Source of the DNA: a virus
Length of the DNA stretch: 46,158 bases
Virus record (IMG/VR): IMGVR_UViG_3300010356_000385
Direction: 5' to 3' (one strand)
The notes beneath the pieces were generated by a model. The model had not been told where the DNA came from. It saw only the letters and a list, made by a program, of their open reading frames with translations, and ran no database searches. Below are positions 22,961-37,359 of the stretch, piece by piece; the first letter of the stretch is position 1, and the number at the start of each line of letters is the position of its first letter. The translations under genes were made by a program, and so were the position numbers.

Positions 22961-23326
22961 ATGAGAAAAGTAATTAAAGTCTTAGATGGTGTTACAGCTA
23001 CAACAACCTCTAGTCCAGTAGATATTAAGGACGCTAAGAGGGTTACTCTTTTTTGTAAGAGGGCTAATCACTCTTCTGGAAGTTCTGCTTTTACAGCTGA
23101 TATTGGTGTAGGAACAGACTATGCAGATTACAAGAAGTGGATTAGTAACGCAGCAAATACCAACTCTCAGACACAAGTGAGAACAGAAACATTAACACTT
23201 TCTGCTAATGGTGTAGATTTTATGACTATGAGCCCAGAGGACATGGCTGAGTTTATAAAAGTAACGGTAACAGAAACAACTGACGGTACGCATAGCGCGT
23301 GGTTAGTTGTAGATTATGAAGAATAG
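22961..23326 (+). CDS. Hypothetical protein (121 aa)
   Basis: ATG ORF. Confidence 0.6.
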   Translation: MRKVIKVLDGVTATTTSSPVDIKDAKRVTLFCKRANHSSGSSAFTADIGVGTDYADYKKWISNAANTNSQTQVRTETLTLSANGVDFMTMSPEDMAEFIKVTVTETTDGTHSAWLVVDYEE

Positions 23327-23360
23327 GTCGGTCTTTATATAAATTGTATACTTATTAGCC

Positions 23361-26817
<3,457 letters not shown>

Positions 26818-26818
<1 letters not shown>

Positions 26819-27525
26819 TGGCGATTGCTGTAAATAATGTAGTAAATGACGTAGCCGATAGTTCTCCAATAAGTTATAACGTTGGTGCTTCTGGTAGTAT
26901 TTTAGTTGTCGCTATTGGTATGGCTTGGGAAAGCGATAATGCAATAACCTCAATTACATATAATGGAACATCAATGACTCGATCTGGTATGTATGATGAC
27001 GCTTATAACTGGGGTAGAGCAGAGCTTTGGTATTTGGTAAACCCTTCGACTGGAGCGAATAATTTAGTAGTAACTAGCGGTGATAACTCGGTTGCACCAC
27101 TTACGATAGCTTATTTGACTGGTGCTGATACAAGCGATATAGGTGCTACTGCACAGGCTAGGGGCGATAGTACGAATCAAAGTGTTTCAATTACACCAGA
27201 AGCTAGTGGGTCTTTGTTACTGGGGGCGTTTGTTTTAGGTGATGACGGTAAAACGTTTTCTGCTGTATCAGGTACTACTTTACATGGGACTTCTGGATCT
27301 TGGGTGAGAATAGCTATGGCTTCTAAGTTGAGTACAAGTACGTCTGCACATTCGATACAATTAACCTCTTCTGCTGGTGATGGGTGGGCTGTGTTTGCTA
27401 CAGAATTCAAGGAGGCTTCTTCTGCTGGTCCAACTGGAGTAAAAACAGTTAATAATACTGCGATAGCTAGTGTAAAGACTATAAATGGTACTGCGATAGC
27501 TAGCGTAAAGACAATTAACGGTTAA
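26818..27525 (+). CDS. Hypothetical tail or fiber-associated protein (235 aa)
   Basis: ATG overlaps the upstream stop. The C-terminus carries a 33-nt tandem repeat (27439-27525) encoding VKT(I/V)N(N/G)TAIAS about 2.3 times. Confidence 0.65.
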
Positions 27526-27541
27526 TTTAATATAATAGACT

Positions 27542-27847
27542 ATGTCAACTATAGATATTGAAGAAATAAAATTAAAAGATAAAGAATATTCATCAGATAC
27601 TGATTTTACAGATGTGGTCTCAGGAGTTGACGCAGTTTCTTTATCAGACGTTGAGGGACCTACTGTAACGCCTTTTACTGATATAAGTGGCCCGACGGCA
27701 ATATCCTTGTCAGATATAGAGGGACCAGCAGCGATCTCTTTCTCTGATGTGGTCTATAACGTATTGGTTACTGATTATGTGACAAACGTTAATACTTTCC
27801 AGTTCGCAAGTATTCCGTTTAACGATGTATTAACTTTTGAAGAATAA
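27542..27847 (+). CDS. Hypothetical protein (101 aa) with internal S(L/F)SD(V/I)EGP repeats
   Basis: Contains SLSDVEGPTVTPFTDISGPTAISLSDIEGPAAISFSDV. Confidence 0.55.
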   Translation: MSTIDIEEIKLKDKEYSSDTDFTDVVSGVDAVSLSDVEGPTVTPFTDISGPTAISLSDIEGPAAISFSDVVYNVLVTDYVTNVNTFQFASIPFNDVLTFEE

Positions 27848-27851
27848 CAAT

Positions 27852-29384
27852 ATGGCAGTAGATGTAACACAGAAATATTTAATGAGAAGGTACTCCTTAA
27901 CTGGGGGTATGAATCAGTCTGTAAATCCATTTTTGATGAACGATTCGGACTTTTTATATCTCTGTAATGTTACCCATGATGAAATTGGTACTATAGGAAA
28001 AGATGGGGGTTATAGTGCGGTTGGTGCAACAAGAACCGCTCCTGGTGTAGGAGACCTATTGTTCGACTATATTCCTTTTACAGGATCTCACATACAACTT
28101 TTATTGGAGCATGGAATACTGCAAAAATACGTTTCTGGCTGGTCTGATATTGACATTTCAACCTTTACTGACGATGCAAGGGCTAGTGCTATTAATTTTA
28201 ACGGAAAAGCATATATAGCGACAGCAAATGATATTTTAGCTTACACGACTGGAACCTCTGTCACGACTGTTGCTTCTGATAATGGCAGTGCCTCTGTTAA
28301 AGGAAAATATTTAGCTGTTGTGGCAGACAAACTTTGTTTAGGAAATCTAACAGATGTTCATGCGGCAAACCAAGTGATTTTCTCACTTGAGGGTTCTCAT
28401 GTGTTTTATGATGAGACTGATGAAACTGGTCACGAAACTTATGCTACTACAGATAGAATTATTACTGTAGACGGGGCCGTAACTGGATTGGCTGCGTACC
28501 AAGGCCTTTTAATGATTTTTACTCAAGAAGCTATCTTTTACTGGAATCCATCAAACAACGAAGTTAAGAAACTTTGTTCATTTGGAACAGACTCCCACTG
28601 GAGTATAAAAGAACTTAATGGAATGCTATATTTTGCTAATAGAGACGGAGTTTATAGATTTAATGGAGAGTCTATTCCAGAATTAATATCTATACCGATA
28701 ACAAACTGGGCAATAAACTCTATTTGGAGATTGATAGACGGTAGTAATTGGTCTACGATGAGCGCAGAAGCATTTGAAGGTAAATATTATCTCGCCGTTG
28801 GTGACTTAACTGCCTCGTTACCAGGAGATTCTGCTGCCAAAGAGGGGGTTGTATTGGTTTATGACGCTTATAGAGACGCGTGGACATTCTTAGATGACCA
28901 TCCAGTTTCAATGTTTGCAAGAATAGTGAACGAAAATGGAAACCAAAGGTTATGGTTTGCAAGCTCTGCTGATAGAACTGTTTACCAAAAAGATTATTCT
29001 TACTCTCACAATGGAACTACATACGATATGGTTGCTAGAACAAAATACTTTGATTTTGACATACCAGAGAATGATAAGCAGTTATACCAATTATATGTAA
29101 CTTATAGATCTTATGGAGATACTGATACTTATTTAACAATTTCAACCTCAGCGGACGGAAGTAACGCTTATACAGAAAGGGTTGCTGATGACACTACATC
29201 AAAATTAGAGTTGGCTGGAGCAAGTGGTAGGGCATACGAAATGAAAAGAGTAGATATAGCAGGGGCAAGTGGTAGAACAATTAGTTATGAGTTCAAGAAT
29301 GGTGATGAAGGAGTTCCTTTTGAAATACTAGGATTTACACAAGAATTTTCGTACAGGAACAATAATTTGAATATATCAACATAA
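27852..29384 (+). CDS. Hypothetical tail protein (510 aa from the ATG; the track start at 27837 is TTG)
   Basis: Large ORF in the tail module. Confidence 0.7.
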   Translation: MAVDVTQKYLMRRYSLTGGMNQSVNPFLMNDSDFLYLCNVTHDEIGTIGKDGGYSAVGATRTAPGVGDLLFDYIPFTGSHIQLLLEHGILQKYVSGWSDIDISTFTDDARASAINFNGKAYIATANDILAYTTGTSVTTVASDNGSASVKGKYLAVVADKLCLGNLTDVHAANQVIFSLEGSHVFYDETDETGHETYATTDRIITVDGAVTGLAAYQGLLMIFTQEAIFYWNPSNNEVKKLCSFGTDSHWSIKELNGMLYFANRDGVYRFNGESIPELISIPITNWAINSIWRLIDGSNWSTMSAEAFEGKYYLAVGDLTASLPGDSAAKEGVVLVYDAYRDAWTFLDDHPVSMFARIVNENGNQRLWFASSADRTVYQKDYSYSHNGTTYDMVARTKYFDFDIPENDKQLYQLYVTYRSYGDTDTYLTISTSADGSNAYTERVADDTTSKLELAGASGRAYEMKRVDIAGASGRTISYEFKNGDEGVPFEILGFTQEFSYRNNNLNIST

Positions 29385-30424
29385 TGATAGTTGATGGAAT
29401 TTTTGACAAAAGAGGAAAAGAAATAACTTCTGGATATAAGGCTCCAGACCTTAGTTCTTACAGTAAGTTTGTAGGTTCTCTCGGAGGATCTGCAAAACAG
29501 GGTACTGTTGCTAGTGGAGGAAAAGGGGTTGTTAATAGCCCTTTAAGCAATGGTGTTTACCAGGGGACCATAATAGTAAAGGACTATGCTGGTATTGAAA
29601 AAGTTAAACTTGGGTTGTTAAACAATACCACATGGGGAATAAGTGTTACTGATGGAATAATAAAAGGTGGTTCTATTGAAATAGGAAGTGCAGACAATAT
29701 CTTCAAGGCCGATAGTAATGGTATTTATCTTGGAGATGCGGTGTTTGCCGACGCTCCTTTTAGGGTTGATATGCAAGGAAACTTGACGGCGAATAAAGGT
29801 GTGATCGGAGGATTTACAATAACCTCTAGTAAACTATATGGGGGTACTATTCAAACAGCGGAAGCTGTAGGAGAAGGTGTAGATGGTGTAGTTATGGATA
29901 CTTCTGGGATTAGGGGCTATAGTTCGGTATTAGGAAAAGTGTTCGACCTCCCTACCGATGGAAGTGCCCCAGAGTTTAGTAGTGGTGTGATTAAAAATAC
30001 AGAGTTTCAATTACAGACAAGTGCAGTAATTAGAACATCAGACACTGTTGGAGATGGAACTTCTTCTAGTGCTGGTGTTTTGGTTAATAATACTGGTCTG
30101 TATGCTTGCCAAGCGAACCAAACACTTGCCAACGCGAATGTAAAGATTTTGGCAACAGGTGCGGCTACTTTTAGTGGAAATGTTAAGGGTGGTATGACAG
30201 ATTTTATGACTGGAACGGGATATTTTATAGGTTTAAATAGTGGTGTCTACAAAATGAGTATTGGTAATCCAGCGGGAAACTATATTAGCTGGGACGGAAG
30301 CTACTTAAGAATTAAGGGTAACCTATCTTTGACTTCCCCACTGACCAATATTGGGTACGCAGCTGCAAGTCTGCCAGTACCACCAGTCGAGACTGGTTTA
30401 ACTTCAATGGGAGGATACGAATAA
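29384..30424 (+). CDS. Hypothetical tail fiber or spike protein (346 aa)
   Basis: G/S/T/V-rich and beta-rich. ATG overlaps the upstream stop. Confidence 0.65.
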   Translation: MIVDGIFDKRGKEITSGYKAPDLSSYSKFVGSLGGSAKQGTVASGGKGVVNSPLSNGVYQGTIIVKDYAGIEKVKLGLLNNTTWGISVTDGIIKGGSIEIGSADNIFKADSNGIYLGDAVFADAPFRVDMQGNLTANKGVIGGFTITSSKLYGGTIQTAEAVGEGVDGVVMDTSGIRGYSSVLGKVFDLPTDGSAPEFSSGVIKNTEFQLQTSAVIRTSDTVGDGTSSSAGVLVNNTGLYACQANQTLANANVKILATGAATFSGNVKGGMTDFMTGTGYFIGLNSGVYKMSIGNPAGNYISWDGSYLRIKGNLSLTSPLTNIGYAAASLPVPPVETGLTSMGGYE

Positions 30425-32649
30425 TGGCACGTTTAATAGTCGACGGATCAAGCACAGCGGGAACAGGATTGGCTTATTACTCAAGCTCTTCCAGGTCTGC
30501 GCAGTACTTTGTAGTACCTGCGGGGTACACGAGAATTGCATACGTAAACATAAATATTAGGAAAGTTGGTACACCAGGAACGCTTTACGCGGCAATCAGA
30601 AACGACTCGGGCGGAAACCCAGGAACAACAATTGTTGAGGGTTCAAAGTCGGAAGAAAGTATTAGCACTTCTTACTCATGGAACGTAGTTGACTTCTCAG
30701 ACGCAGCGGTTAGTGCTGGGGGTGGGTATTGGCTTGTAACAAGACAGCCAAGCTCAACAAGCACTTCTGACGCATATTTCTGGGACACAGCGGGAAGTGG
30801 AAGTGGTGGTAAATACACAACCAATAGTGAATCTACTTGGAATAACATCTCACAGGGACAGTGGAGTTACCAGATTTATGGATACGGACCTCCAGCTTCA
30901 ATGGGAGCAACAAGCACCTCTAGTGTGGGGGAAACCTCCTTTACAGCAGACTCAAGTGTTGGTGACGATATGGGGGAGGGCATTACAAACAGAGGTTTTT
31001 GTTACTCTTCAAGTACGAGTAATCCAACAACAGCAAACAGCACAAAGCAGGTGGGCTCTGGCACAGGGTCGTTTAGTACCTCTATTACTGGTCTTGCAGC
31101 AGGGGTAACCTACTACATAAGGTCTTACGCTATAAACGCAGCAGGAACTTCTTACGGAGCGGTTAAAACACAAACAACAACCACAGCAGCACCAACAGTA
31201 ACAACGGGTGCTGTAACCAACATTGCAATAACAACGGCAACAGTCGCGGGTAACGTTACAGACGACCACGGGGCAGCAGTGTCAACCAGGGGTATTTGTT
31301 ATGCAACAACAGCAAACCCAACAACAGCAAGCGATAAGGTAGCAAGTGGCAGTGGAGAAGGGTCTTTTAGCTCAAACTTAACAGGACTTTCCCCAAACAC
31401 GCTTTACTACGCAAGGGCGTACGCAACAAACAGCGTGGGAACTTCGTACGGTTCGCAGACTTCGTTTACAACGCTACAGGGCACACCAGAGGTAACAACG
31501 GGACTAGCAAGTAGTGTTACAAAAAACAGCGCAACGTGTGCGGGTGAGGTAGTGGACGACAATGGGTCGGCGGTAACGGAAGCGGGTATTGTTTACAGTA
31601 TTAATGCCAACCCAACAACAGCCAACAACAAAGTAACGACTAGCTCTGGGGTTGGGGTTTTTTCTGAATCGCTAACTGGGCTGGCCGTAGCAACAACATA
31701 CCACTTTAGAGCATACGCCACCAACGCAGAGGGAACAGAGTATGGAGATGACGCAACCTTTACAACCTTACCAGCAGGACCAAGTGGTTTGAGTGCAACG
31801 TCAACTGGAAAAACAACGGTAAGTCTTGCTTGGACCATGGGTAGTGGCGCAGACACAACAGTGGTAATTAGAAAGGCGGGCTCCTACCCAGCAAATATAG
31901 GTGACGGAACAGAAGTTTATAGCGGTGCGGGTAGTTCTACTACCGACACAGGACTAAGTGCAGGCACAGCATACTACTATAGAGCCTGGTCTTTGGACGG
32001 CGTTGATAATTACAGTAATGAGTACAGCAGTGCAAATGTAATGACAGACTATTCCTTCACCAATCCAACGAATGTAACAGCAATAGACGGTGCATATGCA
32101 AGTGGTCCAGCAAATGACAATCAGTTATACGTAAGGTTGTCTAAAGATTCTGGTAGCACATGGACAGATCCTATAGCTGTTACACTAACGGGTACAAACA
32201 CAGAACATACATTTGGTAACGGTGAAACAGAATTATGGGGAGATTCTTGGACTGGAGATGATGTTGACGATACTAGCTTTAGATTATTAATAATATGTGG
32301 TAGTAATCAGACGACATATCAAATATATAAGAACTTTGGTTTCACGATTACCTCTACACAAATCTTAACTGGTATAGAAATTGTTACAAAAGCATATTTT
32401 GACACAGATACAACATATATTGATTATATAGGGGTTAATTGTCTTTATGGAGATAGTATTTTGCCAATAACAGAGGGTACCCAGGTTTATGTAACAGATG
32501 AGGACTGTATGGCATATTTTGATGGATCTAACTGGATATTACTAAGAGGTGGAATATCTGACACTGTAGAAATTTTAGATGGAGATGGATTAACAACTCA
32601 TACTATGGTTTTTGAAGATGGGGTGTTAACAAGCTATTCTACGAGTTAA
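30424..32649 (+). CDS. Tail fiber or adhesin with tandem Ig/FN3-like domains (741 aa)
   Basis: Three ~90-aa repeats each carry (R/A)G(F/I)(C/V)Y..NPTTA..G.G.FS..LTGL...T.Y..R.YA.N..GT.YG. An FN3-like unit follows (LSATSTGKTTVSLAW..YYYRAWS). Confidence 0.7.
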   Translation: MARLIVDGSSTAGTGLAYYSSSSRSAQYFVVPAGYTRIAYVNINIRKVGTPGTLYAAIRNDSGGNPGTTIVEGSKSEESISTSYSWNVVDFSDAAVSAGGGYWLVTRQPSSTSTSDAYFWDTAGSGSGGKYTTNSESTWNNISQGQWSYQIYGYGPPASMGATSTSSVGETSFTADSSVGDDMGEGITNRGFCYSSSTSNPTTANSTKQVGSGTGSFSTSITGLAAGVTYYIRSYAINAAGTSYGAVKTQTTTTAAPTVTTGAVTNIAITTATVAGNVTDDHGAAVSTRGICYATTANPTTASDKVASGSGEGSFSSNLTGLSPNTLYYARAYATNSVGTSYGSQTSFTTLQGTPEVTTGLASSVTKNSATCAGEVVDDNGSAVTEAGIVYSINANPTTANNKVTTSSGVGVFSESLTGLAVATTYHFRAYATNAEGTEYGDDATFTTLPAGPSGLSATSTGKTTVSLAWTMGSGADTTVVIRKAGSYPANIGDGTEVYSGAGSSTTDTGLSAGTAYYYRAWSLDGVDNYSNEYSSANVMTDYSFTNPTNVTAIDGAYASGPANDNQLYVRLSKDSGSTWTDPIAVTLTGTNTEHTFGNGETELWGDSWTGDDVDDTSFRLLIICGSNQTTYQIYKNFGFTITSTQILTGIEIVTKAYFDTDTTYIDYIGVNCLYGDSILPITEGTQVYVTDEDCMAYFDGSNWILLRGGISDTVEILDGDGLTTHTMVFEDGVLTSYSTS

Positions 32650-32666
32650 ATTTAGTTAAATTAAAA

Positions 32667-32798
32667 ATGAGTGGCGCTATAAAAGGATTGTTATTGGTTA
32701 TCGTTACAATGATTATTGTATATGTAATCATTAACATAGAATACTTTTTGTGTTTGGGTATAGCTTGGAGGTTTTTTGTGTTGTTTAGGCTTTTATAA
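32667..32798 (+). CDS. Possible small membrane protein (43 aa)
   Basis: Hand-translated as MSGAIKGLLLVIVTMIIVYVIINIEYFLCLGIAWRFFVLFRLL, which is hydrophobic. It lies in a 206-nt gap. Confidence 0.35.
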   Translation: MSGAIKGLLLVIVTMIIVYVIINIEYFLCLGIAWRFFVLFRLL

Positions 32799-32855
32799 TA
32801 CTTGACTAATTAGAAAAAATATGAAAATATATAACATAAATAAAGGATTGAAAAT

Positions 32856-33599
32856 ATGACTCTATCAGAATTAAGAAACGATTTGGGGTCGATAATCAAT
32901 CAGACGGACACGAGTGGTGATTTCGCTTCTACAATCATAACAACAACTGAAGCTAACAGATTAATAAACGAGGCAACTCTTAGACTTTATAGAGAATACG
33001 CCTTGAGGTATCCAGAGGGTTTGACAACAACAGCAGAAGGAGACATAGTTGAAGATCAGGCGGTATATCCGTTTGGTGGGGACGCCAACAATTTACTTGC
33101 AGTTTCTGCTGTTTACGTATTAATTAATAGTACTGACGACAAGTTGACAAGGGCATATCCTCTTGATGAGACAGAATTTTACCAAACAGGAAACGAGGAA
33201 GTTCCAGAGGATGCTCCAAGATACATAAGGAGAAATGTTTTAGTGGATGGTGTTTATACAAACGCAATAGAGTTTCCAGAGGACTGTATTCCCACACACA
33301 CGACAACAGGAGATTCAGGATTAAAGATTATATATCTTAAAAGACCAGCTTCTTTAACAGAGGATACAGATTATCCACAAAGACTTCCTAGTGAATATCA
33401 CTATATAATTCCTTATGGGGCTTCTGTTAAGGCCCTTCTAAAACTAGGAGAGGACGAGAGGGCTATGAGAAATAGGACCATTTTTGAACAAGAAATTGTA
33501 AATATGAAACACTCCGAAAGACAGGATAATGCTGACCAGCCATTCCGCCTTAAAATATCTAGGAGTGACGTTTTAAGATTTAAACATAGGAGGTGGTAA
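32856..33599 (+). CDS. Hypothetical virion protein (247 aa)
   Basis: ATG ORF. Confidence 0.65.
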   Translation: MTLSELRNDLGSIINQTDTSGDFASTIITTTEANRLINEATLRLYREYALRYPEGLTTTAEGDIVEDQAVYPFGGDANNLLAVSAVYVLINSTDDKLTRAYPLDETEFYQTGNEEVPEDAPRYIRRNVLVDGVYTNAIEFPEDCIPTHTTTGDSGLKIIYLKRPASLTEDTDYPQRLPSEYHYIIPYGASVKALLKLGEDERAMRNRTIFEQEIVNMKHSERQDNADQPFRLKISRSDVLRFKHRRW

Positions 33600-34387
33600 T
33601 GGCAAGTACATATACAGTAAAGAGCGGTGACTCTTTAAGTAAAATTTACAAAAGCCTCGGTTACGGATCTTGGCAAGAACTTTGGAATAGTTGGAAATCT
33701 AGTAGTAGAAGTGGAAATCCAAACCTTATATATTCTGGTGAAAAGATTCCATATAAGACAGCTTCGACCACAACAAGCGAGACGACTACTCCAGCCCCAA
33801 CAAACAATCCACCATCAAAAGATTTGGTAGATCCAGTTGTAGCTGAAATCCCAACAAGAGATCAATTCGCTAAGAGATTTGGAACACTTGATGAAATTAC
33901 TCCAACCGCTGCATTTACACAGTTTGGTGAGCAACAGGTAAGTCCTACTTATTACAGAAGAGCAAATGAGGCTCTAAGAGAGATTATGAGAAGCGCAAGC
34001 GCAAGCGGTGCTTATAGGGTAGGGCAAACCAATACAGACATGGTTAAGACCTTAGATCAGGTGGAATCAGAGAGAAAGGCCGCAGTGGATGCCTACGTAC
34101 AGGCTCAAAAGGCTAATTATACTGACTGGTACAATGCAGAAATGGATAGTTATATGAACTCTCCAACACCTGCAGATTGGGCTTTAGACGAATTTGATTT
34201 AACTGGATATGGAGTAGACAATTCGGCTTATGATAATCAATATAAATACATATATAATCCTATTAACTTAAAGGGATTCTTTGGAGGATATGGGACACCA
34301 TTTAGAAAACCTGGGCAACTTTATGGTGATTTGGTACAAACAGATGAGAAGTTATTAAACCCAGATAGAACTAATATTAGATATTAA
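33599..34387 (+). CDS. LysM-domain protein (262 aa from the ATG; the track start at 33593 is GTG)
   Basis: The N-terminus YTVKSGDSLSKIYKSLGY..NPNLIYSGEKIPY fits the LysM pattern. AGGAGGTGG lies upstream, and the ATG overlaps the stop (TAATG). Confidence 0.7.
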   Translation: MASTYTVKSGDSLSKIYKSLGYGSWQELWNSWKSSSRSGNPNLIYSGEKIPYKTASTTTSETTTPAPTNNPPSKDLVDPVVAEIPTRDQFAKRFGTLDEITPTAAFTQFGEQQVSPTYYRRANEALREIMRSASASGAYRVGQTNTDMVKTLDQVESERKAAVDAYVQAQKANYTDWYNAEMDSYMNSPTPADWALDEFDLTGYGVDNSAYDNQYKYIYNPINLKGFFGGYGTPFRKPGQLYGDLVQTDEKLLNPDRTNIRY

Positions 34388-34391
34388 AAAT

Positions 34392-35225
34392 ATGGACCCA
34401 GAGCAAACATTAAAAGCATATGAAAACGATGCAAACGCAAAAGAAACTATAAGAAAGGCTATTTCTGGAGCTTATGAAGACTTGAGGCCAGAATTAGAGC
34501 TTGTTCATGGTTATGAAACCGCTGGTATGCCAACGTTTTATAACTCCTTTAATACGGGTTATGGAATGGGTACTGGCGCAGACCAAATGGACCCACTAGC
34601 TAGATTAAATTCTGCTAGCCAAAATGTGGCGCTAAAAAGTGCCGCTGCTAGAACTGCAAGGGGTGTGTTAGATACTAGAAGGGCTGGCATGGAGAATTTG
34701 ATTGGTGATACATGGGAACAGTGGAATGTAAATAGGCAGAATGCTAAAGACGCTTATGATAGATGGTTTGCAAAGAAACAATATGAGGAGAGCATAAGAC
34801 AATTTGAAGAGCAGATGAAGTTGCAAAGATATATAGCTTCAAGAAGCGGTGGTGGTGGTGGCGGAACAACCATAGTATATAATGGGGAAAACGGGGGTGG
34901 AACTGGTGAAGATCCTAATACCGTGTTAAAAAATGCCATAGCAACAGCAAAGGCAACCAGATTCTCACCTAACAAACCAGCGAACTTCAATATAGATGCC
35001 ATTCACTCGCAACTTATGGATTACGCAAAAGCTAATGGTATTAAATTAGATTCGGAATCTTTGTGGGTACAACTTGGAAACACACCAAAGGGTGGGCAAT
35101 CAACAGAATTGTTGTTTGACCCAAACAACCCACTAAGTAAATACACCAATAAGACAAGTGGCTCAGGAACGTTTAATCTAACTGGCACTGGTTATGGAGG
35201 ATTGTCAACGCTGTCTAAAAAATAA
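34392..35225 (+). CDS. Hypothetical virion protein (277 aa)
   Basis: ATG ORF with a poly-Gly tract. Confidence 0.65.
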   Translation: MDPEQTLKAYENDANAKETIRKAISGAYEDLRPELELVHGYETAGMPTFYNSFNTGYGMGTGADQMDPLARLNSASQNVALKSAAARTARGVLDTRRAGMENLIGDTWEQWNVNRQNAKDAYDRWFAKKQYEESIRQFEEQMKLQRYIASRSGGGGGGTTIVYNGENGGGTGEDPNTVLKNAIATAKATRFSPNKPANFNIDAIHSQLMDYAKANGIKLDSESLWVQLGNTPKGGQSTELLFDPNNPLSKYTNKTSGSGTFNLTGTGYGGLSTLSKK

Positions 35226-35242
35226 ATTAAATTATTGAAAAC

Positions 35243-37324
35243 ATGGGATTCTTAAAAAATACATACAATTTTGTTACTAGACCAGTAAGAGATCTTATTG
35301 AGCTTGGTAATATAGCCCAGAAGGGTTTTAGTGTAAATAGGGTTGAGGCCCCAATTTTTACGCAACAAGAACTATTAGATTTCGCAAATAATGGTGGGTC
35401 TGCTGCGTTTAGAAATGATCCAAGAAATATACAGTTTCAAAAAGATATTGCAAAATCCCAGGCTGCTTATGATAAGGTTAGAAACTACAAACCAATAGCT
35501 CTTGAAGACGCAGAAATGGCTGGCTTGTTAGATTACGATAGGGCCCTAAAAGATGCTGCAATTGTAGGCTCTATGATGATGCCTGGAGTTGGTTCTGGGC
35601 TTAGCGGGGCGATAGGAACTGGAGCACTTTCTGGTGCGATGGGTGGATACGGTGGTAGTGCAAGGGGAGAGGAATTGGGATCAACACTTGGTGGTGCCGC
35701 TTTTGGTGGAATCGCTGGTGGTGTTGGATATGGTATTGCAAATTCTAAGATAGGACAGAAACTATTTAATAACAAAGGAAAACAACTTTCTGTTAAGGAT
35801 TTGTTTGGGCAAGAGCCTGGAACAATAGACAAGCTTGGTGGTATAAGAAAGGCCGAAGAAGCGGCTGAGTTAATTCAAGGGTTGTTTGATGAGTATAAAC
35901 TCCCTTATGCAACAAGAACGCAACAGGCGCAAAGCTTGGCAACGTTACAGGAGGCGGTTGGTAAGAATATAGGTGAAATAATAGAGGCTTCTTCTGGAAA
36001 GGTAAGTGGGAAGGTTGTTAAGGACGCTGTCAAAGAAAGCTTGAAAACACTTAGTGGTAAAAATAAATCAGAGGTTGTTCAAAGGGTTACAAAGGAAATA
36101 GCTAAAATGTCAGATGACGCTGGAAACCTTTCAGCAAGGGGCTTAGACGATGTTATTGGGGCAATTGAAAGTATGAGTGGTGGGTTTGAGAAACTTGCTG
36201 GACAGGGTGGACAAAAAGAAGCTGCCGACATAGCAAGGGAAACAATGAGAAAGATACTTGTTGAGGGGTTGGAAACAAAGGCTGGGCAAGTCAATGCACT
36301 TGCACCACAACTTGCTAAACCAAAGGCTTTGTATAGTGTTATGAAGACAGCCGAAAGTCCAATGAACAGATTGGCCTCTTCTGCAAAAAGAGGGATGAGG
36401 GTTGTTGGTGTTGAGCTACCACTTACTGGTGAATTGTTTGGTCCTGTAGCAGATGTTTCTGCTAGAGGAGGAAAAGGGATTGTATCTAAAATTGGAAAGG
36501 GGCTTGGATCACCAACTGGATTATTAAGCAAGATGGCAGAGAACTCTTCTGCCGCGCAACAAGCCGCAAAAGGTGCACCATTCAGTGGAAATATATTGAG
36601 CAAGTTCAATCAAAGCTTATTTACAGGGCCAGTCTCTGGCGTACAGGCTAATACAATGCCAGAGGAAGATTTGACTGGTAGTGAAAGTTTGAAACAGGGT
36701 GTTCAAGATAATACAGATTATTCACAATTTTATGATCCAAATACAGGGCTTATGAATTTGAACGCGTTTTCTGGACAAGCACAGGGTGAGTACACTATTC
36801 AAGACGGACTAAGAGATGCTCTAAGAATGATGCCAGGAGCTAGTGAAAGTGAAGCATTAAGTCTTGCAAAGGCACTGGTAGATCAAAATGCTCCAGCGGA
36901 AATGAGTAAAGAACAAATTGCAATGCAGGGCGCCATAAATATTGTTGATGAAATAGAAAATATGGTAAGTGGATTAAACTTATCAGATTCAGAAGTTGGA
37001 GCGGCTATTGGTGGAACCTTAAACAAGGGTTATGGAGCTGTTGTACCAGCGTCAGACGCTGGTGTTTATTCAACGGCAAGGAAGGGTTTTGTTTCTAGAA
37101 TATCAAGAGCGCTTGGTGAGGTGGGAGTTTTGACGGATAAGGACATAGAAAGGGCTGTTAATTTGATTCCTGATTTGACTGACACCCCAGAGAGTGCACA
37201 AGAGAAACTTTCAAGATTAAGAAGTCTTATTTCTCAAATGCAGAGCTTGTATGGAGGAGAAATGCCTAGTGGAAGCGGATACGGTTCTTTGGATGATATT
37301 GGAAATTTAGGATACGGTTATTAA
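35243..37324 (+). CDS. Putative internal virion / ejection or tape-measure-like protein (693 aa)
   Basis: Has a Gly-zipper hydrophobic segment (GSGLSGAIGTGALSGAMGGYGG..GGIAGGVGYGIA) and a long helical remainder. Confidence 0.5.
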   Translation: MGFLKNTYNFVTRPVRDLIELGNIAQKGFSVNRVEAPIFTQQELLDFANNGGSAAFRNDPRNIQFQKDIAKSQAAYDKVRNYKPIALEDAEMAGLLDYDRALKDAAIVGSMMMPGVGSGLSGAIGTGALSGAMGGYGGSARGEELGSTLGGAAFGGIAGGVGYGIANSKIGQKLFNNKGKQLSVKDLFGQEPGTIDKLGGIRKAEEAAELIQGLFDEYKLPYATRTQQAQSLATLQEAVGKNIGEIIEASSGKVSGKVVKDAVKESLKTLSGKNKSEVVQRVTKEIAKMSDDAGNLSARGLDDVIGAIESMSGGFEKLAGQGGQKEAADIARETMRKILVEGLETKAGQVNALAPQLAKPKALYSVMKTAESPMNRLASSAKRGMRVVGVELPLTGELFGPVADVSARGGKGIVSKIGKGLGSPTGLLSKMAENSSAAQQAAKGAPFSGNILSKFNQSLFTGPVSGVQANTMPEEDLTGSESLKQGVQDNTDYSQFYDPNTGLMNLNAFSGQAQGEYTIQDGLRDALRMMPGASESEALSLAKALVDQNAPAEMSKEQIAMQGAINIVDEIENMVSGLNLSDSEVGAAIGGTLNKGYGAVVPASDAGVYSTARKGFVSRISRALGEVGVLTDKDIERAVNLIPDLTDTPESAQEKLSRLRSLISQMQSLYGGEMPSGSGYGSLDDIGNLGYGY

Positions 37325-37359
37325 ATAAATTTAATTTTAAATAATGAAAGGAGATAACT

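Noticed and set aside
35533-36609. Antisense ORFs 35533..35832 and 36079..36609 within the 693-aa gene
   Set aside because: They lie opposite a Gly/Ala-rich coding region, have no start context and are entirely embedded, so they are spurious.
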